From Pelagibacteraceae bacterium AG-390-M19 (GTDB taxonomy: Bacteria; Pseudomonadota; Alphaproteobacteria; Pelagibacterales; Pelagibacteraceae): a stretch of 64,000 nucleotides of DNA. The position numbers and the translations under genes are program-made. This document shows positions 1 to 9,113 of the stretch, piece after piece. How positions within the stretch are numbered: the first letter of the stretch is position 1; each line of letters starts with the position of its first letter. The stretch is from contig QCHC01000001.1 in the NCBI GenBank assembly GCA_003279765.1, forward strand, positions 9,519-73,518. The letters are read 5' to 3'. Under the pieces are notes generated by a model that did not search any database, was not told the DNA's origin, and was given only the letters and a program-made list of their open reading frames with translations.

Positions 1-83
1 GTGCTAGTACGACGTTCAGCGATAAGCTCATCGGTTATGTCCAGATTTTCACTAACGTTCTCTTTAGACTTTTTTTCAACCAT
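1..83 (-). CDS. Partial (N-terminus) probable TRAP small permease DctQ
   Basis: ATG at 83 opens MVEKKSKENVSENLDITDELIAERRTS..., running off the window edge; directly downstream of a DctP gene. Call rests on context only. Confidence 0.55.
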   Translation of the reverse strand, partial: MVEKKSKENVSENLDITDELIAERRTS

Positions 84-112
84 TGAGCAATTTAATTAAT
101 TTTGATTATTAA

Positions 113-144
113 AAAACGGGGATAAATTTAATTATCCCCGTTTT
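113..144 (-). terminator. Hairpin after dctP (terminator or mRNA-stabilising stem)
   Basis: AAAACGGGGATAA-N6-TTATCCCCGTTTT inverted repeat; T-run follows on the minus strand. Confidence 0.75.
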
Positions 145-154
145 AAATTAATTT

Positions 155-1243
155 TTATTGTTGTTTTGCAAATGCAGTACCAATAGATGCATCAGATGTT
201 TCCATCTGAGAAATAAATGGCACAACTATTTTCGCATGCGCTGTCATATGATCATACACTTCTTTAAAGAAAGCATTTTCTGCAGCGTTCTTTTTAAGAG
301 TTGCTTGAGCAGCATTCATGTACTCAGTGAAATAATCAGCTGGTGTATCCCATAATTTTACACCATGATTTTCAGTAAGATCAATCAATGCTTTTCCATT
401 TTCTACAGCTCTATTAGTGATGTTTCTAGTAATCATCGCTTCAGATGCAATTTCCATTGCATATTTTTGATGATCAGTTAGAGAATTATATACATCACCA
501 TTGATGTAAATATCACCATTAACTACGTTTTGGTGTAAACCTTGTAGGTAGTAGTTTTTTAGAACTTTTTGGAAACCAAAAACTGAGTCTGGCTTTGGAC
601 AACACCATTCAGCAGCATCGATAGTTCCTTTTTCAAGTGCTGGTAAAATATCACCACCTGATAAAGACACAGATGCAATACCAATATCTTTATAAGTTTG
701 TCCTGGGATTCCTGGAGGAGTTCTGAATCTATACTTTCTGAAATCATCCATGCTTGTAATTGGCTCTTTAAACCAACCTAATGCCTCAGGTCCAGATGAA
801 GCCATCACGAAACCTTTAACATTCATACCCATTTCATCCCAAAGTCTGTCGTACAACTGTTTTCCACCGTTATCAAAATACCATGCTAACCATGATTTAG
901 TTGATAATCCGATACCTCCACCTGCAACAGGTGAACCGAACAACATAGCAGCTGGGTGGTAGTTAGACCAGTAGTGTGTCCAAGCAGCACCACCATCAAC
1001 TAAACCTTTGTCAACAGCTTCTAGTGTTTCTTTCATACCAACAACTTCACCTTTTGATAAAAGTTCAAATACTAACTCTCCTCGAGTTAATTGAGTAACT
1101 CTATCAGTCCACATCTTTACGATTTGACCATCGTAAGAAGTTTTAGGAAAAGTAAGTTGGATTTTTAAAGTTTTAGCAGAAGCAGTACTAATTAAAGATA
1201 CCGCAAAAACTAAAGCTAAAATCATTGAAGTGATTTTTTTCAT
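155..1243 (-). CDS. TRAP transporter substrate-binding protein (DctP/TakP-like)
   Basis: Signal peptide; motifs FRTPPG, ILPALEKGTIDAAEW, YYLQGLHQ; RBS GAGGGA upstream. Confidence 0.9.
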   Translation of the reverse strand: MKKITSMILALVFAVSLISTASAKTLKIQLTFPKTSYDGQIVKMWTDRVTQLTRGELVFELLSKGEVVGMKETLEAVDKGLVDGGAAWTHYWSNYHPAAMLFGSPVAGGGIGLSTKSWLAWYFDNGGKQLYDRLWDEMGMNVKGFVMASSGPEALGWFKEPITSMDDFRKYRFRTPPGIPGQTYKDIGIASVSLSGGDILPALEKGTIDAAEWCCPKPDSVFGFQKVLKNYYLQGLHQNVVNGDIYINGDVYNSLTDHQKYAMEIASEAMITRNITNRAVENGKALIDLTENHGVKLWDTPADYFTEYMNAAQATLKKNAAENAFFKEVYDHMTAHAKIVVPFISQMETSDASIGTAFAKQQ

Positions 1244-1371
1244 TTATTTCCCTCTCTTTATTTATTTATTAAGACTTAATAATTTTCGTAGTAAACATTA
1301 TTGAAATAAGAAAGTAAAGTGATTAAAATAATTATATATAAATTTTAAATATAATTTTTATTAATTCTAAA

Positions 1372-2298
1372 CTAATCTTCGCCCTTAGGGTCAAAAGGAT
1401 AATCCCACGCATCACCACCAATTTTTTTTGAAATACCTGAGTAATCAGTATCCGCATCACCCTCCTCACAAAAATCTGAAAAAATTTTTAAAGCAGCTTT
1501 TCCTAAAGGTGTGCTTGCATTAACAGAAGTAGCTGCGTCATTTGCTAAATTTAAATCTTTTTTCATCATAGCTGCTGTAAAACCTGGTCTATATTTATTA
1601 TTTGAAGGAACTCCGTCTGTTAAATCAGGTAAGGGAGTATAATTTGTGAGTGCCCAATTGTTACCTGATGCCTCTTTAATTATTTTATGAACTTTTTTTA
1701 TATCCATTTTTAATCTTTTTGCCAACATCAAAGCCTCAGATGCTGCTATCATCGAAATTCCAAGAGACATGTTGTTACAAATTTTTACACCAACCCCACT
1801 TCCTTGATCTCCAGCATGTAGTATTTTTTGTCCCATTATCTCTAAAAGTGGTGAAGCTAATTTTACTGCATCATTACTACCACCAACTAAAAAATTCAAT
1901 TTTCCAACTCTAGCACCCATCACACCACCAGTAACTGGAGCGTCAATCATTTTTATTCCCAAAGACTTTGCTTCATCTCCTACCTTTAATGAAGTTTCAA
2001 TATCTATTGTTGAACATTCAATAATTAAACAATCTTTAGAAATTTTTTTTAAAATTCCATTCTCACCAAGATATAATTCATAAACATGTTTTCCTTCTGG
2101 TAACATTGATATTACAGTTGAAGCATTGGATAAAAGATCATCTAAAGAATTTACAACATTTAAACCTGTCTTTTTTGCAGTTTTAATTGCGTGTTCTGAA
2201 ACATCGAAAACTTTAACCTGTTTTCCGGCTTTTACTAATTGTTGTGCCATGGGATTTCCCATGTTTCCTACTCCAATAAATGAAATATGATTACTCAT
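1372..2298 (-). CDS. mmsB: 3-hydroxyisobutyrate dehydrogenase family (beta-hydroxyacid dehydrogenase)
   Basis: FIGVGNMGNPMA, DAPVTGG, KICNN, and PSNNKYRPGF typical of MmsB. Confidence 0.8.
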   Translation of the reverse strand: MSNHISFIGVGNMGNPMAQQLVKAGKQVKVFDVSEHAIKTAKKTGLNVVNSLDDLLSNASTVISMLPEGKHVYELYLGENGILKKISKDCLIIECSTIDIETSLKVGDEAKSLGIKMIDAPVTGGVMGARVGKLNFLVGGSNDAVKLASPLLEIMGQKILHAGDQGSGVGVKICNNMSLGISMIAASEALMLAKRLKMDIKKVHKIIKEASGNNWALTNYTPLPDLTDGVPSNNKYRPGFTAAMMKKDLNLANDAATSVNASTPLGKAALKIFSDFCEEGDADTDYSGISKKIGGDAWDYPFDPKGED

Positions 2299-3808
2299 CT
2301 ATATTTGAACTCCCTCTATTAATTAATACTGTTTTACTTTGGGTGAAATGATTGATCATACTATCAAATGCATATTCTTTTCCAAGACCACTCATTTTTA
2401 ATCCACCATAAGAAACATTTGCTCTTGGAGCTACACATTGATTAACTTGAACAAAACCTGCATCTATTTCCTCAACAAATTGAAGTGCTCTTGATAGATT
2501 TTGTGTCCATAAAACTGCTGACAATCCAAAAGGAGTATCATTTGCACTCTCAATAACTTCGTCAAATGATTTAAATGGGATTGCACAAGCAACTGGACCA
2601 AATATTTCTTCCTGACACACAGGCGACTTTACTGGAACCCCCGACAATAAAGTAGGTTCATAAAAAAAACCTTCTTTGTATTCACCACCTTTTTTTTGAT
2701 TACCTCCATGTAGAACTTTTGTTGATGAGTTTTCTTTTGCAATATTCATATAATGTAATGTTCTTTTCAATTGATCCTCTGAAATTATTGCTCCTACATC
2801 TGAATTTTCATCTAAAGCATTTCCCATTTCAAGATTTTTTAATCTATCAACAACGCCATCTAAAACTTTTTCATAAATTTTTTCTTGTATATAAACTCTT
2901 GAGCCAGCGGTACATGCTTGTCCTTGTCTGGTATATCTCATACCATCGATTACACCAGGTATAGCAATATCAAGATCTGCATCGCTCATGATTATATTAG
3001 GATTTTTTCCACCGAGTTCTAATGTTACCGGACAAAGTTTTGGAGCTGCTTTTTGAGCAATAATTTTACCAACATTAAATGAGCCAGTGAAAGTAATTTT
3101 TCTTACATCGGGATGAGACAAAAGTGGCTCTCCGCATTCTTCTCCGTATCCAGAAATAACATTTAAAACTCCTGGAGGAAGTTCTTGTTGAAAAATCTCT
3201 GCTAATAGTAATGCACAGAAAGGTGCTTGTTCAGCTGTCTTTAAAACAACAGTATTACCAGCTACAATTGCTGGAGCTATCTTTGCAACAGTTAAAAATA
3301 AAGGAGCATTCCAAGGAACGATAGCACAAACAACTCCAATTGGATCTCTTGTTGTGTAGTGTAAAGTATTTGCAATATTTGGAGGATAATTCTCACCTTT
3401 AATCTCTCCAGATAAACCAGCAAACATCCTAGTTAATTCAATTGAGGCGGAAGTTTCTGGTTTAGCTTGTGTTCTTAAAGCGTTCCCTGTGTCCAGAGCT
3501 AGTAAAGTTTCAATCTCATCTCTTCTTTGCTCAAGTTTTCTAGCACCTAATTCTACCAATCTTCCTCTTTCTCTTGCTGGTACTTTCTTCCATTCTTTAA
3601 AAGCATTTAGAGAAGATTTTACTGCAAGATTAACTTCAACCTTATTGCATTGGGGAGCTTCACCTATATTTTCTCCTGTGCTTGGATTTATTACATTAAT
3701 TTTATTATTAGTTGATGATGAGATTAATTTACCGTCTATTAAAATTTTATTTGATAATCTTTTTGCATTTTTGTTTGCTTTTTCGAAATTACTTAAAAAA
3801 TCACTCAT
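2291..3808 (-). CDS. NAD(P)-dependent aldehyde dehydrogenase
   Basis: PWNAP, FTGS, LELGGKNP (catalytic Glu), GQACTA (catalytic Cys), EEIFGPV. Confidence 0.92.
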   Translation of the reverse strand: MSDFLSNFEKANKNAKRLSNKILIDGKLISSSTNNKINVINPSTGENIGEAPQCNKVEVNLAVKSSLNAFKEWKKVPARERGRLVELGARKLEQRRDEIETLLALDTGNALRTQAKPETSASIELTRMFAGLSGEIKGENYPPNIANTLHYTTRDPIGVVCAIVPWNAPLFLTVAKIAPAIVAGNTVVLKTAEQAPFCALLLAEIFQQELPPGVLNVISGYGEECGEPLLSHPDVRKITFTGSFNVGKIIAQKAAPKLCPVTLELGGKNPNIIMSDADLDIAIPGVIDGMRYTRQGQACTAGSRVYIQEKIYEKVLDGVVDRLKNLEMGNALDENSDVGAIISEDQLKRTLHYMNIAKENSSTKVLHGGNQKKGGEYKEGFFYEPTLLSGVPVKSPVCQEEIFGPVACAIPFKSFDEVIESANDTPFGLSAVLWTQNLSRALQFVEEIDAGFVQVNQCVAPRANVSYGGLKMSGLGKEYAFDSMINHFTQSKTVLINRGSSNIDE

Positions 3809-3810
3809 AA

Positions 3811-4581
3811 TTACAATTCACCTTCTCTTGTTTTAGCAGCTAACCAACCACCATCAATTTTAATCTCCGATCCATTAATAAAATCAGATTCATTAGAAGA
3901 TAAAAAAATTGCTGCTCCAACTATATCAGATGGTAGTCCCCACCTACCAACAATTGTTTCTTTTCCCCATTGCTCACCATGAGTTGGGTCTTCTGCATAT
4001 TTTTTATTAAATGGTGTAGATATTAGACCTGGACAAATTGTATTGACATTTATATTTGATCCTTTCAAATCTATAGCAAGAGCTCTGGTTAAACCCAGTA
4101 TTCCACTTTTGGCTGCAACATATCCTACACGATCAGGTCTCCCCATAAAACTAGCGATCGAACCAAAATTTATAATTTTACCTTTACCTATTTTTTTCAT
4201 CTCAGGTATTACTGCCTGACAACAAATATATGGTCCAGTAAGATTAACAGAAATCATGTCATCCCAATCACTTAAGTCATGATTTTCAAGTTTTTTAACA
4301 TGTCTTATCCCAGCGTTATTAATCAATATATCTATTTGATCAAATCTATTAATTGTTTCTGATATCAAATTTTTAACACTTGCTTCGTTTGAAACATCGG
4401 TTTCTACGTAAATTGCATCACCATTATTTTTTACGATTTCTTTAACAACATTAGAAGAGTTTTCTTTATCTAAATCTGCAACAACAACTTTAGCTCCCTC
4501 TTTGGCAAGGCCTAAGGAAATTTCTTCTCCTATACCTTTTCCACCACCTGTAACAATTGCAACTTTATTTTTTAATTTCAT
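3811..4581 (-). CDS. Short-chain dehydrogenase/reductase
   Basis: TGGGKGIG, NNAG, YVAAK catalytic motif, DGGW. Confidence 0.92.
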   Translation of the reverse strand: MKLKNKVAIVTGGGKGIGEEISLGLAKEGAKVVVADLDKENSSNVVKEIVKNNGDAIYVETDVSNEASVKNLISETINRFDQIDILINNAGIRHVKKLENHDLSDWDDMISVNLTGPYICCQAVIPEMKKIGKGKIINFGSIASFMGRPDRVGYVAAKSGILGLTRALAIDLKGSNINVNTICPGLISTPFNKKYAEDPTHGEQWGKETIVGRWGLPSDIVGAAIFLSSNESDFINGSEIKIDGGWLAAKTREGEL

Positions 4582-4667
4582 TTTTATTACTAAATATTAT
4601 TTCATGATTAAATACAAAAAAAAATTATTGTTTTTAAGCTCTAAAAAATAGGTATACTTTTGATACT

Positions 4668-5063
4668 ATGATTAAATTTGAGAGTATTAACAACTTTTTA
4701 AAATTAATAGGAGGAAAATGGAAAATTAAAATTTTAGCTGAATTACATATAGGATCTAGAAGATTTTCTGAATTAAAGAACAATTTAGATGGAATTACTG
4801 CGAGAATGTTAATTAGAGAATTGAGAAATTTGGAAAATGACACTCTAATAAAAAAAAGGATTAACAATAAAATAAATGATTATATTTTAACTGATTTTGG
4901 TAAATCCAGTGCTTACATAATTGAAGCTATAAACGATTGGGGAAATAATAAGAAACGTAAAATTAATAAAGTGATTGAAAATGATTATCGTGTAATTGAT
5001 TTATTTCAGGAAGAAATACGTATCAAAAAGATACAGAGCCAAAGAATTAAAAATAAAAACTAA
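4668..5063 (+). CDS. HxlR-family winged-helix regulator
   Basis: IGGKWKIKIL, RRFSELK, GITARMLIRELRNLE; divergent from the SDR-ALDH-mmsB operon. Confidence 0.85.
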   Translation: MIKFESINNFLKLIGGKWKIKILAELHIGSRRFSELKNNLDGITARMLIRELRNLENDTLIKKRINNKINDYILTDFGKSSAYIIEAINDWGNNKKRKINKVIENDYRVIDLFQEEIRIKKIQSQRIKNKN

Positions 5064-5803
5064 TTATAACTTACAAGCGGTTTATTGCTTTTTATCCAAG
5101 ATTGAATTCCTCCATCAAGAACATACACATTTGTAAAACCTAAATCTTCAGCAAATGCATTACCTAAAATTTCAGCAGTTTTTCCGTCATGACTTATAAA
5201 AATCAATTCAATTCCTTGAGACTCAGCACCTGCTAAAGCCCTAACTTTATCCATTAAATAAACATTGAATTTACCATTAATATCAAATGCTGTTTCTTGA
5301 AATGAACCTTTAATTACACCTGTCTTTTTCCATTGATTATCAAGCCTAATATCTAATGCCACTGCATTTTCATTAATTAAATTTTCTAGTTTTTCACTAT
5401 CAATTTTTTCATAATTAGGACTCAAAACATCTAGAATTTTAAATTCAAAGATCAAGTTTGAATTTGGTGGGATTAATTCGCCTGCACCCTTTTCGCCATA
5501 TGCAAGCATTGAAGGTATTTTAATTTTTCTTTTAGAACCTTTGTTTGCTCCCACTATTCCTTGCTCAAACCCTGGAATAACTTCTTTCATTCCTATTTGA
5601 AAAACTAATGGTTTGTCTTTACCAACATTAGTGTCAAAGACTGTTCCATCTTCAAAAGAACCTGTGTATTCAATTTTTACCCAAGAATGATTTACAACTT
5701 TTAAACCATTTCCTTTAGTATCATTAATGATTTCAATATTTTCTGCTAAAAGAAAGTTAATTTTAAAAAGTGTTAAAATAATTATTACAAAAATTTTTTT
5801 CAT
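5060..5803 (-). CDS. Exported FKBP-type peptidyl-prolyl isomerase fused to a rhodanese-like domain
   Basis: Signal peptide; YTGSFEDGTVFD, VIPGFEQG, AYGEKG, IPPNSNLIF; C-terminal LDIR...GFTNVYVLDGGIQSW. Confidence 0.85.
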   Translation of the reverse strand: MKKIFVIIILTLFKINFLLAENIEIINDTKGNGLKVVNHSWVKIEYTGSFEDGTVFDTNVGKDKPLVFQIGMKEVIPGFEQGIVGANKGSKRKIKIPSMLAYGEKGAGELIPPNSNLIFEFKILDVLSPNYEKIDSEKLENLINENAVALDIRLDNQWKKTGVIKGSFQETAFDINGKFNVYLMDKVRALAGAESQGIELIFISHDGKTAEILGNAFAEDLGFTNVYVLDGGIQSWIKSNKPLVSYN

Positions 5804-7398
5804 TTATGAGATATATTAAAACCCTTATACATTTTTTTTTTAACTTTATTACAGATTTTTCTATACTGAGGCAATCCTGCTGGATAAGGTATAAAAGTTT
5901 TTGGTTTACCTGGAATATTATCACCCTTATACCAAGAATTTTTTGCTTTCATAAAAAGAGATTTATTGGCTAATGTATTTATTTTTTTAACCCAATTTTC
6001 AGCTTCTTTAGCTTCAGGTTCAACTGAAAGACTATTTGATTTTTCTAAATATTTAATAAATTCAGATATCCATTCTACATGCTGTTGAATTTGTGCAGGA
6101 ACATTAGTTAATACTGAAGGACTACCAGGTCCAGATATGATAAAAAAATTTGGAAAATTTGGTATCATTAAGCCTAAATATGTTGTCGGACCATTTTTCC
6201 AATATTTGTTTAATTTAATATTTTTTCTACCAGTCAAATTTAAAGACAAAATAGGACCTGAAAGCGCATCATAGCCTGTTGCAAAAATTATTTTATCAAA
6301 TTTTAATTCCTCATTATTTGTCTTTATCCCATTTTTTGTAATCTTGACTATTGGATTTTCTTTTAAATCAATTAAACGAACATTTTTTCTATTAAATGTT
6401 TCAAAATAATCTGTATTTAAAGTTGGTCTTTTTGAAGTAAATGGATGACCAAAATCTGTAAGTTTTTTTGCAATTTCTTTGTCTTGAACAATATTTATTA
6501 TTTTTTGCTTTATATAGTTTGAGGCTATTTTGTTGGCATTTAATTTTTTAGTTATATCGCTAAAACATGCCCTAAATGATAAACCTCCATTTAGCCATGC
6601 TTTTTCTAAAATTTTTAATCTTTTACTCTCATTAAAATCAAAAATAGATTTTTTCGAAAATTTAAATGCATGACCACCAGGTGTCTTTGTAAGTAGATTT
6701 TTAATTTGTTTGTAATTTTTTTTAGTATTTTTAATAAATGTTTTTGTAAGTTTTCTGTTTCTTGCTGGAACACTATAATTTGGTGTCCTTTGAAATATTG
6801 TGAGTGATTTTGCAGATTTTGCTACAACTGGGGCAATTTGTATTCCACTTGATCCTGTTCCAATTTGTGCAACTTTTTGATTTTTAAAACTTATTTTTTT
6901 ATCTGGCCATCTTCCACTGTGATACCACTCTCCTTTAAAACTTTTAATGCCCTTAATATTTGGTACATTTGCTGCAGATAATGATCCAACTGCACTTATT
7001 AAATATTTGCAATAAAATACTTTTTTTTTATTTGTTTTTACTCTCCATAAATTTTTTTTATCTAAATAATCAGCTGAAATGACCTTATTGTTAAAAATTA
7101 TATTTTTTCTTAAGCTAAGCTTTTTCTCTACATATTTAAGATAACTGAGGATTTCTTTTTGATTAGGATATCTTTCTTTCCATTTCCAATTTTTGTAAAT
7201 TTCTTCAGAAAAAGTATAGCAATAAATATGGCTCTCTGTATCACATCTCGATCCCGGATATTTATTCCAATACCAAGTACCTCCTATGTCCTTACCTTCT
7301 TCAATAACAAGAGTTTTTAAACCTAATTGATCTCTACATTTGTGTAATTGATAAAGGCCAGAAAAACCTGCTCCTATAATTATTGCGTCTAAATACAA
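5800..7398 (-). CDS. Type I Baeyer-Villiger monooxygenase (cyclohexanone monooxygenase family)
   Basis: GAGFSG, GGTWYWNKYPGSRCD, fingerprint FKGEWYHSGRWP, GTGSSG, ATGY; TTG start. Confidence 0.9.
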   Translation of the reverse strand: MYLDAIIIGAGFSGLYQLHKCRDQLGLKTLVIEEGKDIGGTWYWNKYPGSRCDTESHIYCYTFSEEIYKNWKWKERYPNQKEILSYLKYVEKKLSLRKNIIFNNKVISADYLDKKNLWRVKTNKKKVFYCKYLISAVGSLSAANVPNIKGIKSFKGEWYHSGRWPDKKISFKNQKVAQIGTGSSGIQIAPVVAKSAKSLTIFQRTPNYSVPARNRKLTKTFIKNTKKNYKQIKNLLTKTPGGHAFKFSKKSIFDFNESKRLKILEKAWLNGGLSFRACFSDITKKLNANKIASNYIKQKIINIVQDKEIAKKLTDFGHPFTSKRPTLNTDYFETFNRKNVRLIDLKENPIVKITKNGIKTNNEELKFDKIIFATGYDALSGPILSLNLTGRKNIKLNKYWKNGPTTYLGLMIPNFPNFFIISGPGSPSVLTNVPAQIQQHVEWISEFIKYLEKSNSLSVEPEAKEAENWVKKINTLANKSLFMKAKNSWYKGDNIPGKPKTFIPYPAGLPQYRKICNKVKKKMYKGFNISHK

Positions 7399-7406
7399 AT
7401 TTTTAA

Positions 7407-8168
7407 TTAAATTGTGTGGTTTTTAAAAATTTTACTTCCACCTTTATTTTTACCACTGAGTAAATGTAACTCTCTTTGAAGTGAATAACCTACTTTGTCT
7501 TCTATGGTTTTTGCACCCACATGATCAAAAAAAGATGTAGCTGGCATATATCTATACGTAAGTCCCGCTCTTCTTTTTCCAGAATTATTTGCTCTGGATC
7601 CATGAAATAAATAAACATCATGCATTGAGAACATTCCTGGCTTTAGATGAACTGATTTTGCTTGGTCTTTAATTTCATCAATATTTTTTAAAGTTTGATT
7701 CAAGGTAACATTCGTAGACTCTAGTGTATTGTGCTCAGCTAACTTTTTATCTAAATGTGAGCCTGGTATATATTGTAGTGGACCATTTTCTTCTGTAACT
7801 TCATCAATTGATAACCAAACAGTTACTGACTCCAATGGTTTTATAGGCCAGTATTCACCATCTTGGTGCCAAGGTGTTTCTTTGCCATTTTTTTCTTTTT
7901 TACAAAATAATGATGACCCCCAAAGAATTATATCTTCTCCGATTAATTGCTTAACCTCTTGTATAATTTCTGGATACATTGCAAATTCCAAAAATTTACC
8001 GTCTCTCTCATACAAACCACTGACAAATTCATTATTTTCACCTTTATGATCTTCAAGATATTTATCTAAGGCTGAATTTAAATCTTTTATTTTATCAGAG
8101 GATAATTGAGTTGAGCTTTTTACTAAACCATCATTGTTGTATGTCTTAATTTGATCAACCGAAAGCAT
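7407..8168 (-). CDS. PhyH-family Fe(II)/2-oxoglutarate dioxygenase
   Basis: TPWHQD (HxD), HGSRANNSGKRR, IPGSH. Confidence 0.88.
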   Translation of the reverse strand: MLSVDQIKTYNNDGLVKSSTQLSSDKIKDLNSALDKYLEDHKGENNEFVSGLYERDGKFLEFAMYPEIIQEVKQLIGEDIILWGSSLFCKKEKNGKETPWHQDGEYWPIKPLESVTVWLSIDEVTEENGPLQYIPGSHLDKKLAEHNTLESTNVTLNQTLKNIDEIKDQAKSVHLKPGMFSMHDVYLFHGSRANNSGKRRAGLTYRYMPATSFFDHVGAKTIEDKVGYSLQRELHLLSGKNKGGSKIFKNHTI

Positions 8169-8197
8169 AATAAAACATATTGAATATTTGTTTTATT
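8169..8197. promoter_or_regulatory. Candidate operator in the divergent phyH/panB-like promoter
   Basis: AATAAAACA-N11-TGTTTTATT perfect 9-bp inverted repeat abutting a minus-strand TTGACA (8197-8202); AT-rich, so may be chance. Confidence 0.3.
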
Positions 8198-8260
8198 GTC
8201 AAATTTTAAGTTTAATAAATATATATAAAGTCTATATTTATTTTTTTCTAATAATTCAAA

Positions 8261-9079
8261 ATGAAAAATATTTATACTTGGTCAGCCAAACCTACACAAA
8301 GAAATCTCACAGTTGCTGATCTTAAATCTTTGAAAGGAAAAAAAAAATTTACTCAAGTTAGAGCAAATACATTTGATGAAGCCTTTGCAGCAGAAGAAGC
8401 TGGTATTGATATGATTGTTGCAAATGCAAAAAATATTATTGAAGTTAGAAAAGGTTCAAATAATTTATTCTTAACAGCGTCATTATTTTGGGAGGAATTT
8501 GTTACTAAAGAAGAAATTTTAAAAGGTGCGTTTAAAGCATTAGAAAATGGAGCTGACGCAATTTTTACTCCAAGAAACACTGAAGTTATAGAAATGTTAT
8601 CTAATGAAGATATTCCTGTAATGGGTCATCTTGGTTTAGTACCAAGAAAATCATCTTGGTTTGGTGGTTTAAGAGCTATCGGCAAAACCCCAAAAGAAGC
8701 TCATGAACTTTTCCAAAAATTCAAAGATTTAGAAAATGCAGGAGCCTTCGCAGTAGAAGGTGAAGTTATACCAGAAAATGTAATGAAAGAAATTTCAGAT
8801 AGAACAAGCATGATAACTGTGTCTATGGGTTCAGGTAAAAAAACTGATGTTATATATTTGTTTATGGAAGATATTTGTGGAGATAATCTAATTCCCCCTA
8901 GACATGCAAAAGCATATGGAAATTTATTAAAACTCAAACAACAAGTAAATATTGAAAGATTAAAAGCATTAAAAGCTTTTAAAAAAGATGCATTAAGTGG
9001 AAAATTCCCTCAAAAAAAACAATCAGTAATTATAAGCAACCAAGAATTTAAAAAATTTTTAAATTTATTGAATTCATAG
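8261..9079 (+). CDS. Divergent PanB-like protein (ketopantoate hydroxymethyltransferase family)
   Basis: IPVMGHLGLVP, LENAGAFAVEGEVIP, PRHAKAY, GKFP; lacks canonical TAYD and LVGDS. Confidence 0.7.
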   Translation: MKNIYTWSAKPTQRNLTVADLKSLKGKKKFTQVRANTFDEAFAAEEAGIDMIVANAKNIIEVRKGSNNLFLTASLFWEEFVTKEEILKGAFKALENGADAIFTPRNTEVIEMLSNEDIPVMGHLGLVPRKSSWFGGLRAIGKTPKEAHELFQKFKDLENAGAFAVEGEVIPENVMKEISDRTSMITVSMGSGKKTDVIYLFMEDICGDNLIPPRHAKAYGNLLKLKQQVNIERLKALKAFKKDALSGKFPQKKQSVIISNQEFKKFLNLLNS

Positions 9080-9113
9080 ATTATTTAATTTTTTTACTTT
9101 ATAAGCAATTGAA

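Noticed and set aside
8261-9079. Calling this gene panB
   Set aside because: Canonical TAYD and LVGDS motifs are missing and there is no pan context.
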